A DNA stretch of 64,000 nt, from positions 389,746 through 453,745 of the forward strand of contig RQSC01000020.1 of NCBI GenBank assembly GCA_013416795.1. The letters run 5' to 3'. Made by a program: the position numbers and the translations under genes. Numbering within the stretch: position 1 is the stretch's first letter; the number at the start of each line of letters is the position of its first letter. This DNA is from Prasinococcaceae sp. CCMP 1430 (taxonomy: Eukaryota > Plantae > Prasinodermophyta). Under the pieces are notes generated by a model. It worked only from the letters and a program-made list of their open reading frames with translations, was not told where the DNA came from and did no database searches. Shown piece after piece: positions 1 to 10,374 of the stretch.

Positions 1-32
1 GCGGGCGCGCGCGCGGGCGCGCGGGCGCGTAG

Positions 33-1302
33 GGTGCGCGCTCGCGCGGCGACCGAGCGCGGCGAGGCCATCAAGTCCGAGCTCAAGGAGGCGGTGCCCG
101 GGCGCTTCCACAAGCTCCTGTGGAAGTCGGGCCGCTCCGGCGAGGCGGAGGGCGCGCCGGCCAGAGACAAGAGCGCGCGCAAGGTGCGCGTCTGCGCGCG
201 CGCACACGCGCGAACACGCGCACACACACATGCGCATGCACGCACAGACACACACACACACGCATGCACGCACTCACACGCGCGCATGCAAACACGCACA
301 CACGCACACACACTCGCACGCACACACGCGCACGCCCGCGCAGGCCTCGTCCGCCGGCAACGGCACCCCCTCGGTGACCTCCGGCTCGCACGCGCCCGGC
401 GCGGGCACCTCCATCTCGCAGGCGAGCTTCTACACGCAGGGCGTGACCAAGGGCAGCTTCTACGAGGGGGCGCGCGAGCGCGCCGAGGCCAAGGCCAGCA
501 AGACCAAGGCGCCCATCGTCTCCGCGAGCGAGAAGGGCGTCGTCGACAAGGTGCGGGGGACGCCCGCGCGCGCGTGGGCACGCGCACCCGTGCGCATAGG
601 CGTGCACACACGCATTCTTACTCATTCGCGCACGCTCACACGCACGCACACACACACACACGCACGCACACGCACACACACACGCGGGCGCCTGCGTACA
701 CACGCGCACGCGCACGCGCGCGAGCAGTACGCGGCCAAGGCCGCGGCCGCGAAGGAGAGGGCGGCCGCCAAGGCGGCGAGCAAGGCGGCCAAGGAGGCGG
801 CGCGGGCGGAGGCGAAGGAGGCGGCGGCGGGCAGGCGGCGGGAGCGGGCCGCCGAGGTGGCGCCGGGCGCCGCGCCCGTGTCCGCCAAGGGGGCCAAGGC
901 GGACGGCGGGCAGGTGCGCGTGCGCGCGCGCGCGTGCATGCACGCGTGTGTGCAGATGCGTGTGCGCGTGTGTGAACGTGTGGACGCGCGCACGTGTGCT
1001 GACGCTCAGACACGCGCACGAACACGCATGCACACACACGCACACACGCGCGCACACACACGCACACGCAATTGCTCGCAGGCCGCCTTGGGCGTCAGCG
1101 TGGCCGCTGCGGGCGCAGCGACGGGCGCGGGCGCCGAGGTGGGCGCTGCGGGGGGGCTCGCTGGCGCGGCCGGCTTTGCCGTCGGCGCGGCGGCCGTCGC
1201 CTTCGTGGTGTACAGGTGCGCCGCGCGCGCGTCGACATGCGCACATCTGCACGCATACGCGCGCAGACACCCTTCAACTTGCACGTGCACGCACGCATAC
1301 TA

Positions 1303-1335
<33 letters not shown>

Positions 1336-1428
1336 CACAGGTCGGCCGTGGCGGCTTTCCTGCAGTACTCGACTATCAAGAAGCGCTCGCTGCCGCCGAG
1401 GCGCGGCACGGCCCTCCGCGACGTCTAG
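33..1428 (+). CDS. 3' part of a spliced gene for a hypothetical Ala/Lys-rich protein with a C-terminal transmembrane segment; exons ~33-183, 344-550, 728-913, 1082-1215, 1341-1428; 5' end lies upstream of the window
   Basis: High-GC3 coding blocks separated by GT..AG introns made of CA/GT repeats; the blocks join in frame (...KSARK|ASSAG...VVDK|YAAK...GGQ|AALG...VVYR|SAVAAFLQY...RDV*); hydrophobic GFAVGAAAVAFVVY segment. Confidence 0.6.
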
Positions 1429-1672
1429 CGTCCGACGGCCGCGCGCGCGCGCGCACACGTAGTAATTAACGTACGCATGAACGCACGCAGACGCGCGCGC
1501 ACGTCGAGCATGCCCGCGCGTGCCCACACGCACGCGCACACGTGCACGCACACACTCGCACGCTCATGCACACGCGACCGAACGCACACATGCGCGCACG
1601 CCTACACGCACGCACACATGCGCACGCACGCGGCACGAGTGCGCACTCGCTTCTCAACGAAGTGTCATCCTC

Positions 1673-3230
1673 TTAGATGTTGATGTTGAGGGTGCGCTCC
1701 GAGTTGATCTCCTCGACGATGTCCTTGGCCTCCTGCAGCGCCACCGAGCCGAACTTGGAGATGTAGTTGTTCTGCATGCCCAGCTCGACCAGCGCGGCGT
1801 CGGTGTTCTGCTTGAGCGCCTCGGCCATGGCGTACGCGCCGTCGTCCTTGATCTCGTTGTAGCCCATGTCGAGCTCCGTCATGCGCTCGCAGACAATGCG
1901 CAGCGAGCGCGCGAAGGCCGCGCAGCCCTGGTCGGCGATGACGTTGCCGCGCACGTCGAGCACGCGGATGGTCTCGTTGAAGCGCATCGCCTCGGCCAGG
2001 TGGCCCGCGCCCTCCTTGTCGAGCTTGCACCAGCCGAGCCGCAGCGTCTCCAGCGAGCCGCCGTACTTGATCGCGCCGGCGATCGCCTCGGCGCCCTTGG
2101 GCCCGATGGGGTTGTACCCCATCTCGAGCGTGACGAGGCTGGCGCGCTCCTTGACGAGCTCCGCCACGGCGGGCGCGCCGCCGGGGCCGATGTTGTTGCC
2201 GCCGATATCGAGGCTCTCCAGCACGCTCTTGGCGTTGGCGACGAACCCGTCGCAGAGCGCCTTGGCGCCCTCGTCGCCCAGCTCGTTCATATACAGGTTG
2301 AGCTTCTTGAGGTCCTTGGCCTTGGCGACGTACGCGCCGAGCTCCTTGGCGGCGGCGACGCCCACGCCGTTGTTGCCGAGGTCGAGCGACGTGAGGGCGC
2401 CCTTGTGCTCCTGCAGCCCTCGCGCGAGCTGCACGACGCCGCCGTCGCCGATGTCGTTGCCGCCGAGGGCGAGCTCGGTGAGGCCCTCGTTGGCCTTGAG
2501 GCCCTCTCCCAGCGCGCTGGCGCCCATCGACCCGACGTAGTTGCCGCCCATGCGCAGCTCGGCGAGGCTGGCGTTCTCCGCCAGCGCCTTGGCGATGTCC
2601 ACGGTGCCCTCGTAGTCGATCATGTTGTTGCTCAGGTCGAGCGACGTGATGCGCGTGTTGCGGCGCAGCATCTCGGCGACCGCCGCGGCGCCCTCGTCGC
2701 CGATGCCGTTCGAGCTCAGGTTGAGGATCTCGATGGGCACGCTCGAGGTCGCCAGGAAGTCGCACAGCACCTTGCACCCCTCGTCGCCCAGCGCGTTGCC
2801 GCCCAGCACGAGCTCCTCGAGCGCGGCGTTGCCCTCGAGCGCCACCGTCAGCTGCGTGGCGCCGAGCACGCCCATCGCGTTGGACGTGAAGTCCACCGCC
2901 TTGCACACGTCGTTCAGCGCCAGCGCGTCGGCGACGTACGCGCACCCCTCGTCGCCCATGTTGCGCCCCGAGAGCGACACCGCCTCCTGCGAGCGCAGCT
3001 CCGACATCACCGAGCGCAGCTGCGAGCGCGTCGAGCGGCGGACGTTCGCGGCCGACGCCGACGCCCTCTGCGCGCCGCCGTCGGCGCCTCCCGCGGCGCC
3101 GTCGCCGCCGCCGCCNNNNNNNNNNNNNNNNNNNNNNNNNNNNNNNNNNNNNNNNNNGCGGCGGCGGGTGCCGCGGACGGCGGCGGCGTGGTCGCGGACG
3201 CGGTTGCGGGCGCCGTCGCGGACGAGGGCG
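1673..3230 (-). CDS. RNI-like leucine-rich repeat protein, probably plastid-targeted (EMB2004/NLRC3-like); N-terminal part crosses an N gap, with a probable upstream exon at ~3310-3628
   Basis: About 14 28-residue LRR units (LxxLxLxxNxIGDxGaxxLa) in ORF 1673..3010; C-terminus KFGSVALQEAKDIVEEINSERTLNINI recalls the plant EMB2004 tail; Ala/Ser/Arg-rich upstream sequence resembles a transit peptide. Confidence 0.8.
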
Positions 3231-3608
3231 CTGCGGCGGGGATGCGTGTGCGCGTCGTGCGTGCGCGTGTGTGTGTATGAGTGTGTGTGCGCGTGTGTGT
3301 GTGTGTGCGTCAGCGCTCACTCCCGAGCGCACGCACCCGCGGGAGCGCACCGCACGCACGCGAGCAGCGGGGGAGCGCACGCACAGGAGAAGGAGGCCGC
3401 GGTGCTCGCGGCGGCGGCGGCGTTGGTGCTCGCGGCGGCGTCGGGGGTGTTGATCGCCTGCGGCGCCGGCGCCGGCGCCCTCGGCCGAGCCGATGGCTCG
3501 GACCATTCCNCATCGTAGTCACCAATCTCAGCGGCCGCAGGCGGGGATCTCGCTCTCGCCGCCCAAGACCTACGCGGCGGCTGCGGCGCCGGTCGCGCCG
3601 CGCGCGGC

Positions 3609-3927
3609 GGAATCCGCGTACCCATCACACATCATTTTGCATTCATATTCATGGAATCCATATCAGTGGCTGGGAGTACCCAGATGGAATCCAGTATCAT
3701 TTCGCATGCACATGCATGGAATCCAAATCCGTGTGCGTGTACCTGGGAGAGTCGGCAGTACCGGATGGAATCCACATACGCATCCCACATATCATTTTGC
3801 ATTCACATGTATGGAATCCATATCGGTGTCTTGGAGCATTCGGATGGAATCCAAGGTCAGTTCGCATTCACATGTATGGAATCCAAATCGGTTTACGTGG
3901 GAGAGTTGCGAGTACCGGATGGAATCC
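3609..3927. repeat. Lower-GC higher-order repeat with 9 copies of GGAATCC (8 as ATGGAATCC), arranged as an imperfect ~160-bp dimer
   Basis: ATGGAATCC at 3651, 3684, 3716, 3765, 3811, 3844, 3876 and 3919, and GGAATCC at 3609; ~3630-3773 aligns with ~3790-3927. Confidence 0.9.
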
Positions 3928-4045
3928 GACAGGCGCGCGCGAGCCTGGGGTGGCGAGCGGGGGGGGAGTTGGGGTGGGGGAGTGGCGGGCAGGGTCTCCC
4001 CGCAACGCAGCGCTAGCGCACGCAGACACAGACGCACACACGCAC

Positions 4046-4048
4046 GTG

Positions 4049-4138
<90 letters not shown>

Positions 4139-4139
4139 N

Positions 4140-4192
<53 letters not shown>
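4046..4192. repeat. (GT)n microsatellite
   Basis: About 70 near-perfect GT units with one N. Confidence 0.95.
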
Positions 4193-4199
<7 letters not shown>

Positions 4200-4313
4200 C
4201 GCGTGTGCGTGTGTGTGCGTGAGTGTGTCTGCGTGTGTGTACATGCGTGTGTGCACATGTGCGTGTGCGCGCGCGCGTGTGTGTGTTTGTCCCTGGGTGT
4301 GGACGGCTGACGT

Positions 4314-7090
4314 TTAGTAGCCCGCAGCCTCGGAGATGACGCCGATGAGGCCGCCGAAGCTGTGGGTTCGGTGGAGCGCATGCGAAGACCGTCAGTCAGT
4401 GCCGAGTCTGGTGCGCGCACGCGCACGGCGGCGCGCGTGCGCACACGCACGGACGCGCACACCGCGCACACACCACGCACGCGCGCGCGCCCGCGAGCGC
4501 GTCCCCGCGACGCACATGTTGCCCCACACGACGAGCCACCCGAGGTTGGCCTTCATGACGGCCTCGACGAGCGTCTTGACGCGCTGCGCCGTGAGCTCCT
4601 GCAGGCGCGCGTCGACGAGGCGCTCGACGGTGGCGGCGATGCGGTCGGGAGACAGCGCGCCCTCCTTCTCGCCGCCCTCCTCGCCGCCGCCGCCCATGGT
4701 GTCGCCGATGGCCACCGACACCTGGTTGTTTAGGAGGCGTGTGCGTTAGCGCGCGAGGGCGTTTGTGTGTGTGTGTGTGTGCGTGCGTGTGTGTGTGTGT
4801 GTGCGTGCGTGGTATGTGCGCGCGCACGCGTGTGTGTGCACGTGTATGTGTGTGTGTGCGCGCGCGCGCGCGTGCGCGCGCGCATACCTCGCCGGCAATT
4901 TCTGGAAGGAAGGCGCGCGTGAGCGCGCGCAGCTGCTTGCCGCCGACGCCAAAGGTGGTGATGATCTTCTTGGCCTTGCCGGCGTTGGGGTCGACCGCCA
5001 GGTCGGCCATGCGCCTGTCCATCACCTCGACGAACTCGTCGCTCTCGAGCAGGGCGCGTAGCTGCACCTCGATGGCCTCGGCGCCCGCGTAGCGGGCGAG
5101 CAGCGACCTGAGCTCCCGCTCGAGGAAGGCGCGGTCGAAGAACGTCTCGACGATCATGCGCTTGACCGTGTCGCGGATGCCCTCGAACTGCTTGGGGATG
5201 ATGCCCGACCCCGGCAGCGACCAGCCCTCCTCGAACCCAACGTGGTCGAAGAGCATCTTGATCGCGAGCTCGTTGGTGACCCCGCCGGCGAAGCCCATCA
5301 GGCCGAAGGCGAGCACGTACCGCCACGGCGTCGCGGACGCTGTGTCCCACTCGTCCACGTCGAGCACGGCGAGCCGCATGACGAGGCCTACCACCATGAG
5401 CACGAAGGTGAGCATGTTGCTGACGTTGGCCGGGTTGAGCAAGGGGGGCTTGTTGCCGGCGTACCTCATGCACTGCGCGTCCATGCCGCCCTCGTCGTCG
5501 GCGTCCTCGCCGTCGGCGTACTCGAGCGACGCGCCGCCCGCGCCGGCGACGGCGTGGTCCCGCTCGCGGGGTCCGCCGCGCGCCTCGCGCGCGCGCGCGC
5601 ACAGCACGCGCAGGGACTTGCGCGCGGCGTCCGCGGCGTCGTCGCGGGCGCGCGTGCGGATGACGCCGCCCACCAAGCCGCTGAGGCCCGCCCCCACCTC
5701 CTCCACGCCCGTGCGCACGCGCACCTCGCACTCGCTGCCGCCCGCGGGTGCCGCCACCAGCGTCGTCACCGTCCGGAAGGCGTCGCCCTGCGGCACGTCG
5801 CGCGAGTGGGCGCGCTCGACCACAACGAGCACCTCGCCCTCCGTGCTGGCGCCGGCGCGCGACTGAAAGGCCGGCGAGCGCGCAGGCAGCACCTGCACGC
5901 GCTGTGTCACCTGCGTGTGCGCGTGCGCGCGTGTGCGCGTGTGTGTTTGGAGGTGTGCATGCGCGTGGGGGTGTGAGTCATTCCGCCTCCGTGCGCATGC
6001 ACGCCAACGCGTGTGCGAGCGCTGCCTCCCTCACCTCCACGCGCGTCGAGTCCACCTTCACGAAGGGTGAGCTGATAGGCTGCACGAAGCTCACGGTGCG
6101 CTCGAAGACCGCACCGACGTCGGCCTCGGACCCGTCCGCGCCCGCCGTCACCGACGCCCACTCGCCGGGCGCCCACACGCGCGCTCCCGCCGCGAGGCTC
6201 AGCTCACGCGCCGCTGCGTGCGCCAGCCACCGCGCGCCCAGCTCGCGCACGCCGCACGGCGCGCGCACCACCGCCGCCTCGCGCATGTCTGTGTTTCCTC
6301 CGGCGTCGTAGGCGGCGTCGATGGCCTCGGTGCTCTCCCCTGATGCCTCGGCAGCCGCACTCAGGTCGGGGACGCCCTCGGCGTCGACTTCTGCCACGCC
6401 GTCTCCCATCGACGCGTTCGAGGCGATCCACGACCCCACCTTTTCCCTCGACTGCTGGCGCTCGCGCATGACGCCCTGGTCGGCGTCGGCGGCGCCGGTG
6501 GCGCCCGGCGCCGCGGCGGACGGCGCGGCTGCGGACGTGGGCGCGGGTGCGGCGGGCTCAGAGGGCGCGGCGTCGGGCACCGAGGGCAGCATTGCCGCAA
6601 GCGACGACGACGCTCCCGACGACCCTCCGGCGGAGGGCAGCCGCGCGGCGAGGGCCGCCGCCTTTGCACCCAGCGCGGCGGGCAGCGCTGCGGCGGCCCT
6701 GGCTCCGGCGCCGGTAACGCGGATTCGAGGGAGCGCCATGGCGCTGAGCGGCGATGAGTCCGACTCCCTGCTCAGACGCGAGCGCGAGCGCTGCGGTCCC
6801 TGTCCCTCGCTGCCATCAAGCGGCGACGCGCGCGAGCTGCTCCCCGACAGCAGCGATCCCATCCTGCCGGGAACAGTGCGAGACAGGGGCACCTGCGGCG
6901 CGTCGGGCGAGTCGAGGCCCGCCGCGGCGTCCTGCTCTGCGAAGACCGAGCTCGCCCTCGAGCTGTACGATCCCACGCTGTCACGGGCGCCGTCGCCGTC
7001 CGAGGTGATGCTCAGCCTCGCCCGTCGCTCGGCGGCAGCCGCGGCGTTGATGACAGGGTTGCCCGGGTTGCTCGAGGTCAGCGCGCCCAT
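4314..7090 (-). CDS. Membrane protein with a low-complexity N-terminus, a VASt/StART-like region and a C-terminal DUF445-like domain; exons ~7090(start uncertain)-6035, 5910-4888, 4721-4516, 4359-4314
   Basis: VASt-like 'HSRDVPQGDAFRTVT...VRVRTGVE'; DUF445-like 'FGLMGFAGGVTNELAIKMLFD..PGSGIIPKQF' and spliced C-terminus 'LGWLVVWGNIFGGLIGVISEAAGY*'; canonical GT-AG introns. Confidence 0.7.
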
Positions 7091-8215
7091 GTTGTAATCG
7101 GCGCTGTCCCACGCGACAGTTTCGCTCAGGATTTGGCTGACGGCGGAGCGAGGCGCTGCGCCCGCGTGCGCGCACGCACGCGAGTTCGAGCGGGCCCGCG
7201 CGTGCGTTCGTGCACGTAAGAGCGCGTCCGGGCCAGCCAACGCGCGCGCGTGTGGTGCAGGTGGGGCAAGACAGGTCAGCGCGCGCTCAGGCCTTGCACG
7301 CGCGCGCGGCGAGAGCGACCCGCCGCGCGACGCACGGCGCACGCGAGGCGCGAGGCGCGAGACTCCCGGCTGCGCGTGTGCCACGAGGCGCGCGCGCCTC
7401 GGCCGGTCGGTCGGTCGGTCTCAGCGGCACGTCACCCGCGTGGGCGGAGAGGGAGAGGAGCGCCCGCCCGTCCGCGCACGCCTTCATCCCGCCCGCGCCT
7501 GCGTTCGCGTTCCTCGCTCGCTCGCGCGCGCGCGCGCGCTTGCGCGCGCTCGGGGAACGGATTTTTTTCGTTTTCGGATTCGGCCGCGTTTCGCGCGCTT
7601 TCGTGACGAACACTTCCGCCGAATCTCAACAATCTAAATTCCGCTTTTTTGGGGATGCGATATTTTCTCGAATGCCATCGCCATTTTGAATCTCCTTCGC
7701 CGCGATTTCCATTTTCGGCCGAAATAATCCCGCGAAAAGACCAGTCGACTGTAAAAAAATCCAACTCTGGGGGACCCCCGGTTTTTAGTTTCATCCTGGG
7801 GGGCACCCGCGTTACCGTACCTGGTGGGCCGTCGCCAAGGACATGGTGCAAATATGTTTCATTGGCGGGTGGGCGCCGAACTCGGCTACGGTCGGCAAGC
7901 ACTACATCGACCCCACGTACCCGTGCGACGAACACGCCTTGTTTTTCTTTGGCTGGCTTCGGGACAGCCCCACTCGGGGCACCCCGAATACCAGCGACTA
8001 GAATGGCATCAAGGCAGGGTACACTACAAGCGTGGTTGGGCATTTTGGCTACACCGAGTTTGTAGATTAGCACCCAGCTGCGCACGCCCCCATGCGAAAA
8101 CTATCCCTGCCAAGGGGGTCGCGCGCTGATCCGCGCGGGATCCGTTTTCGGGGGCGTGGGTGAGAACGACGAAACGCGCGACGCGCGCGTTGGGTGGGTG
8201 GGTACCCGGGCTAGT

Positions 8216-8355
8216 TGCGGTGCGGCCTGACAGCAGCATTTTAGATCAAAAGTTTTCAGTGTTTACCGTAAAAGTGACTTTCAGGTGCGGTGCGGCCTGA
8301 CAGCAGCATTTTAGATCAAAAATTTTCAGTGTTTACCGTAAAAGTGACTTTCAGG
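8216..8355. repeat. Near-perfect 70-bp tandem duplication (8216-8285, 8286-8355) inside an AT-richer intergenic island; a 25-bp direct repeat also occurs at 8005-8029 and 8354-8378
   Basis: TGCGGTGCGGCCTGACAGCAGCATTTTAGATCAAAA(G/A)TTTTCAGTGTTTACCGTAAAAGTGACTTTCAGG twice with one mismatch; GGCATCAAGGCAGGGTACACTACAA twice. Confidence 0.95.
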
Positions 8356-8686
8356 CATCAAGGCAGGGTACACTACAAAGAAAGACATACTGGTTGGCAT
8401 GTGCACAGAGCCGCCGATCAAGCCGGGGTTGTCCCGGCCCATCGGGATCCGCACCGGGGCAAAATGTTCAGATCCGGATTCGACGCGTCGGGACCGCGCA
8501 CCGGGGCGGATCGCGACCGAGATTCCCGGTGTACCCCGAGTGTACCCCGAGTTCCCGTCGTATACCACCCGGAAGAGACCGCTTTTAAATCTGCCATCTC
8601 GGGGATTGGGGCGCCTGTGAGCCTGGTCTCTTGGGAAAAGACCACCTTCGCCTGGGGTGCGCCCGGGTGGTACGGCGCTGGTGTGG

Positions 8687-8702
8687 TTTAGGGTTAGGGT
8701 TT
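8687..8702. promoter_or_regulatory. Interstitial telomere-like motif / telo-box (TTTAGGG TTAGGG TTT)
   Basis: Read directly from the sequence; ~185 bp upstream of the succinyl-CoA ligase ATG and next to the palindrome TTTCATGCATGAAA. Confidence 0.45.
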
Positions 8703-8886
8703 ATTTCATGCATGAAAATATCTAAATATCTGTCCAGCGCGGCGCACCCGCGCGGCGCCACACTCGCGCACCCACGCGCACGCACACATCCCCGCCCCGC
8801 CGCCCCAGCGCGGCTTCGCTCCCGGCCCCCGCCTCCCCCGTCCCCTCGAGGCGCGAGCGCGTGGGGAAGGGGGCGCGGCGGCGGCG

Positions 8887-10374
8887 ATGCTCGCGCGCAC
8901 GGAGGAGAGCGCCAAAAATGCCATCCGTGATCTCCTCTCTGGCCGTGGGGAAAAAACTTGCGCGGCCGCGCCGCGCCGCTTCCTCAATGTGCACGAGTAC
9001 CAGGGCGCGCAGCTGATGGCCGCGCACGGCGTGCGCACGCCGCCGGGCGACGTCGGCACCACCGTGGGCGAGATCGAGGCGGCGGCCAAGAAGTGGGCCG
9101 ACGCCGACGGCGAGGTCGTGCTCAAGAGCCAGATCCTCGCCGGCGGGCGCGGGCTCGGCACCTTCAAGAGCGGGCTGCAGGGCGGCGTGCACGTCTGCAA
9201 GGCGGACGAGGCCGGCGCCCTCGCCGAGAGGATGCTCGGCCAGACGCTGGTGACCAAGCAGAGCGGCCCCGAGGGCAAGCCCGTCAACGTGCTCTACGTG
9301 GCGCAGAAGATGCAGCTTGCGCGCGAGATGTACTTCGCCATCGTGCTCGACCGCAAGACCGCGGGCCCCATGGTGATCGCGTGCGCCGAGGGGGGGACGT
9401 CCATCGAGGACCTCGCCGAGAAGTACCCCGACAAGATCGTGCGGGTGCCCATCGACGCGCGGGCGGGGATGAGCGACGAGCAGGCCGCCGCCGTCGTCAG
9501 CGGCCTGGGCGTGACGCAGCACGTCGACGACGCCGCCGAGCAGATCAAATCGCTGTACAAGATGTTCAACGAGCTTGACTGCACGATGGTGGAGGTCAAC
9601 CCGCTGGCCGAGGGCAAGGACGGGAAGCTCATCGCCGCGGACGCCAAGCTCAACTTCGACGACAACGCCGGCTACCGCCAGAAGGAGCTCTTCGACATGC
9701 GCGACACCACCCAGGAGGACCCGCGCGAGGTGGCCGCCGCCAAGGTCGACCTCAACTACATCGGGCTGGACGGCGAGATCGGGTGCATGGTGAACGGCGC
9801 GGGCCTGGCGATGGCCACCATGGACATCATCAAGCTGCACGGCGGCACGCCGGCCAACTTCCTCGACGTGGGCGGCGCGGCGTCCGAGCATCAGGTCACC
9901 GAGGCCTTCAAGATCATCACGGCAGACTCGCGCGTCAAGGCGCTCCTCGTGAACATCTTCGGCGGCATGTGCGTCATGGCGCCGCGACGGGGTCGCACCC
10001 CGATGCCGCGGCGCTCCCCGCCTTGGCATGCTTGCTCGACACCGCGCGCGCCCACTCTGTGCCCCTCTCCAATGCCCTCACGCGCAAAGCGCTCTCGCGA
10101 AACGAGGCGCGTGCGCGTCGCTGACCAAAAGGCGTCGCGCGTATACCCCCCCTCCCCGCCTCGGCGTGACCCCGACAGTATGAAGTGCGACGTGATCGCC
10201 GCTGGCATCGTCGCGGCCGCCAAGGAGGTGGACATCAACATGCCGCTGGTGGTGCGCCTGGAGGGCACAAACGTCGAGGCCGGCAAGGCCATCCTCAAGG
10301 AGAGCGGCCTCGACATCGTCGCCGCGGACGACCTGGACGACGCCGCCCAGAAGGCCGTGGCCGCGCTCGCGTAG
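8887..10374 (+). CDS. sucC: Succinyl-CoA ligase beta subunit, mitochondrial; intron 9969-10178
   Basis: LNVHEYQ, KSQILAGGRG, EGGTSIE, EVNPL, DAKLNFDDNA, NGAGLAMATMD, PANFLDVGG; splicing restores NIFGGIMKCD; VRLEGTN. Confidence 0.97.
   Translation: MLARTEESAKNAIRDLLSGRGEKTCAAAPRRFLNVHEYQGAQLMAAHGVRTPPGDVGTTVGEIEAAAKKWADADGEVVLKSQILAGGRGLGTFKSGLQGGVHVCKADEAGALAERMLGQTLVTKQSGPEGKPVNVLYVAQKMQLAREMYFAIVLDRKTAGPMVIACAEGGTSIEDLAEKYPDKIVRVPIDARAGMSDEQAAAVVSGLGVTQHVDDAAEQIKSLYKMFNELDCTMVEVNPLAEGKDGKLIAADAKLNFDDNAGYRQKELFDMRDTTQEDPREVAAAKVDLNYIGLDGEIGCMVNGAGLAMATMDIIKLHGGTPANFLDVGGAASEHQVTEAFKIITADSRVKALLVNIFGGMCVMAPRRGRTPMPRRSPPWHACSTPRAPTLCPSPMPSRAKRSRETRRVRVADQKASRVYPPSPPRRDPDSMKCDVIAAGIVAAAKEVDINMPLVVRLEGTNVEAGKAILKESGLDIVAADDLDDAAQKAVAALA

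Noticed and set aside
34-1683. Many long His/Thr- or Val/Cys-rich ORFs (HTHT, VCVC), here and at 28-32 and 47-53 kb
   Set aside because: They are translations of CA/GT microsatellite introns; high GC suppresses stop codons.
1520-3280. Long antisense ORFs opposite real genes (also 8722-10029, 11724-13193, 44759-46207, 50886-53510, 57710-59236)
   Set aside because: Shadow ORFs caused by extreme GC3 bias on the coding strand.
3609-3927. CRISPR array (regularly spaced short repeats)
   Set aside because: The repeat core is only 9-10 bp, the linkers are homologous to each other (160-bp dimer), there are no cas genes and the context is eukaryotic.
184-6034. Introner elements (Micromonas-type transposable introns)
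   Set aside because: The introns share composition but not alignable sequence; no near-identical intron copies were seen in the window.
7432-8691. Transposase or viral ORFs in the AT-richer island
   Set aside because: The short ORFs have no DDE, RT, integrase or capsid motifs; no convincing long TIRs or LTRs were seen.
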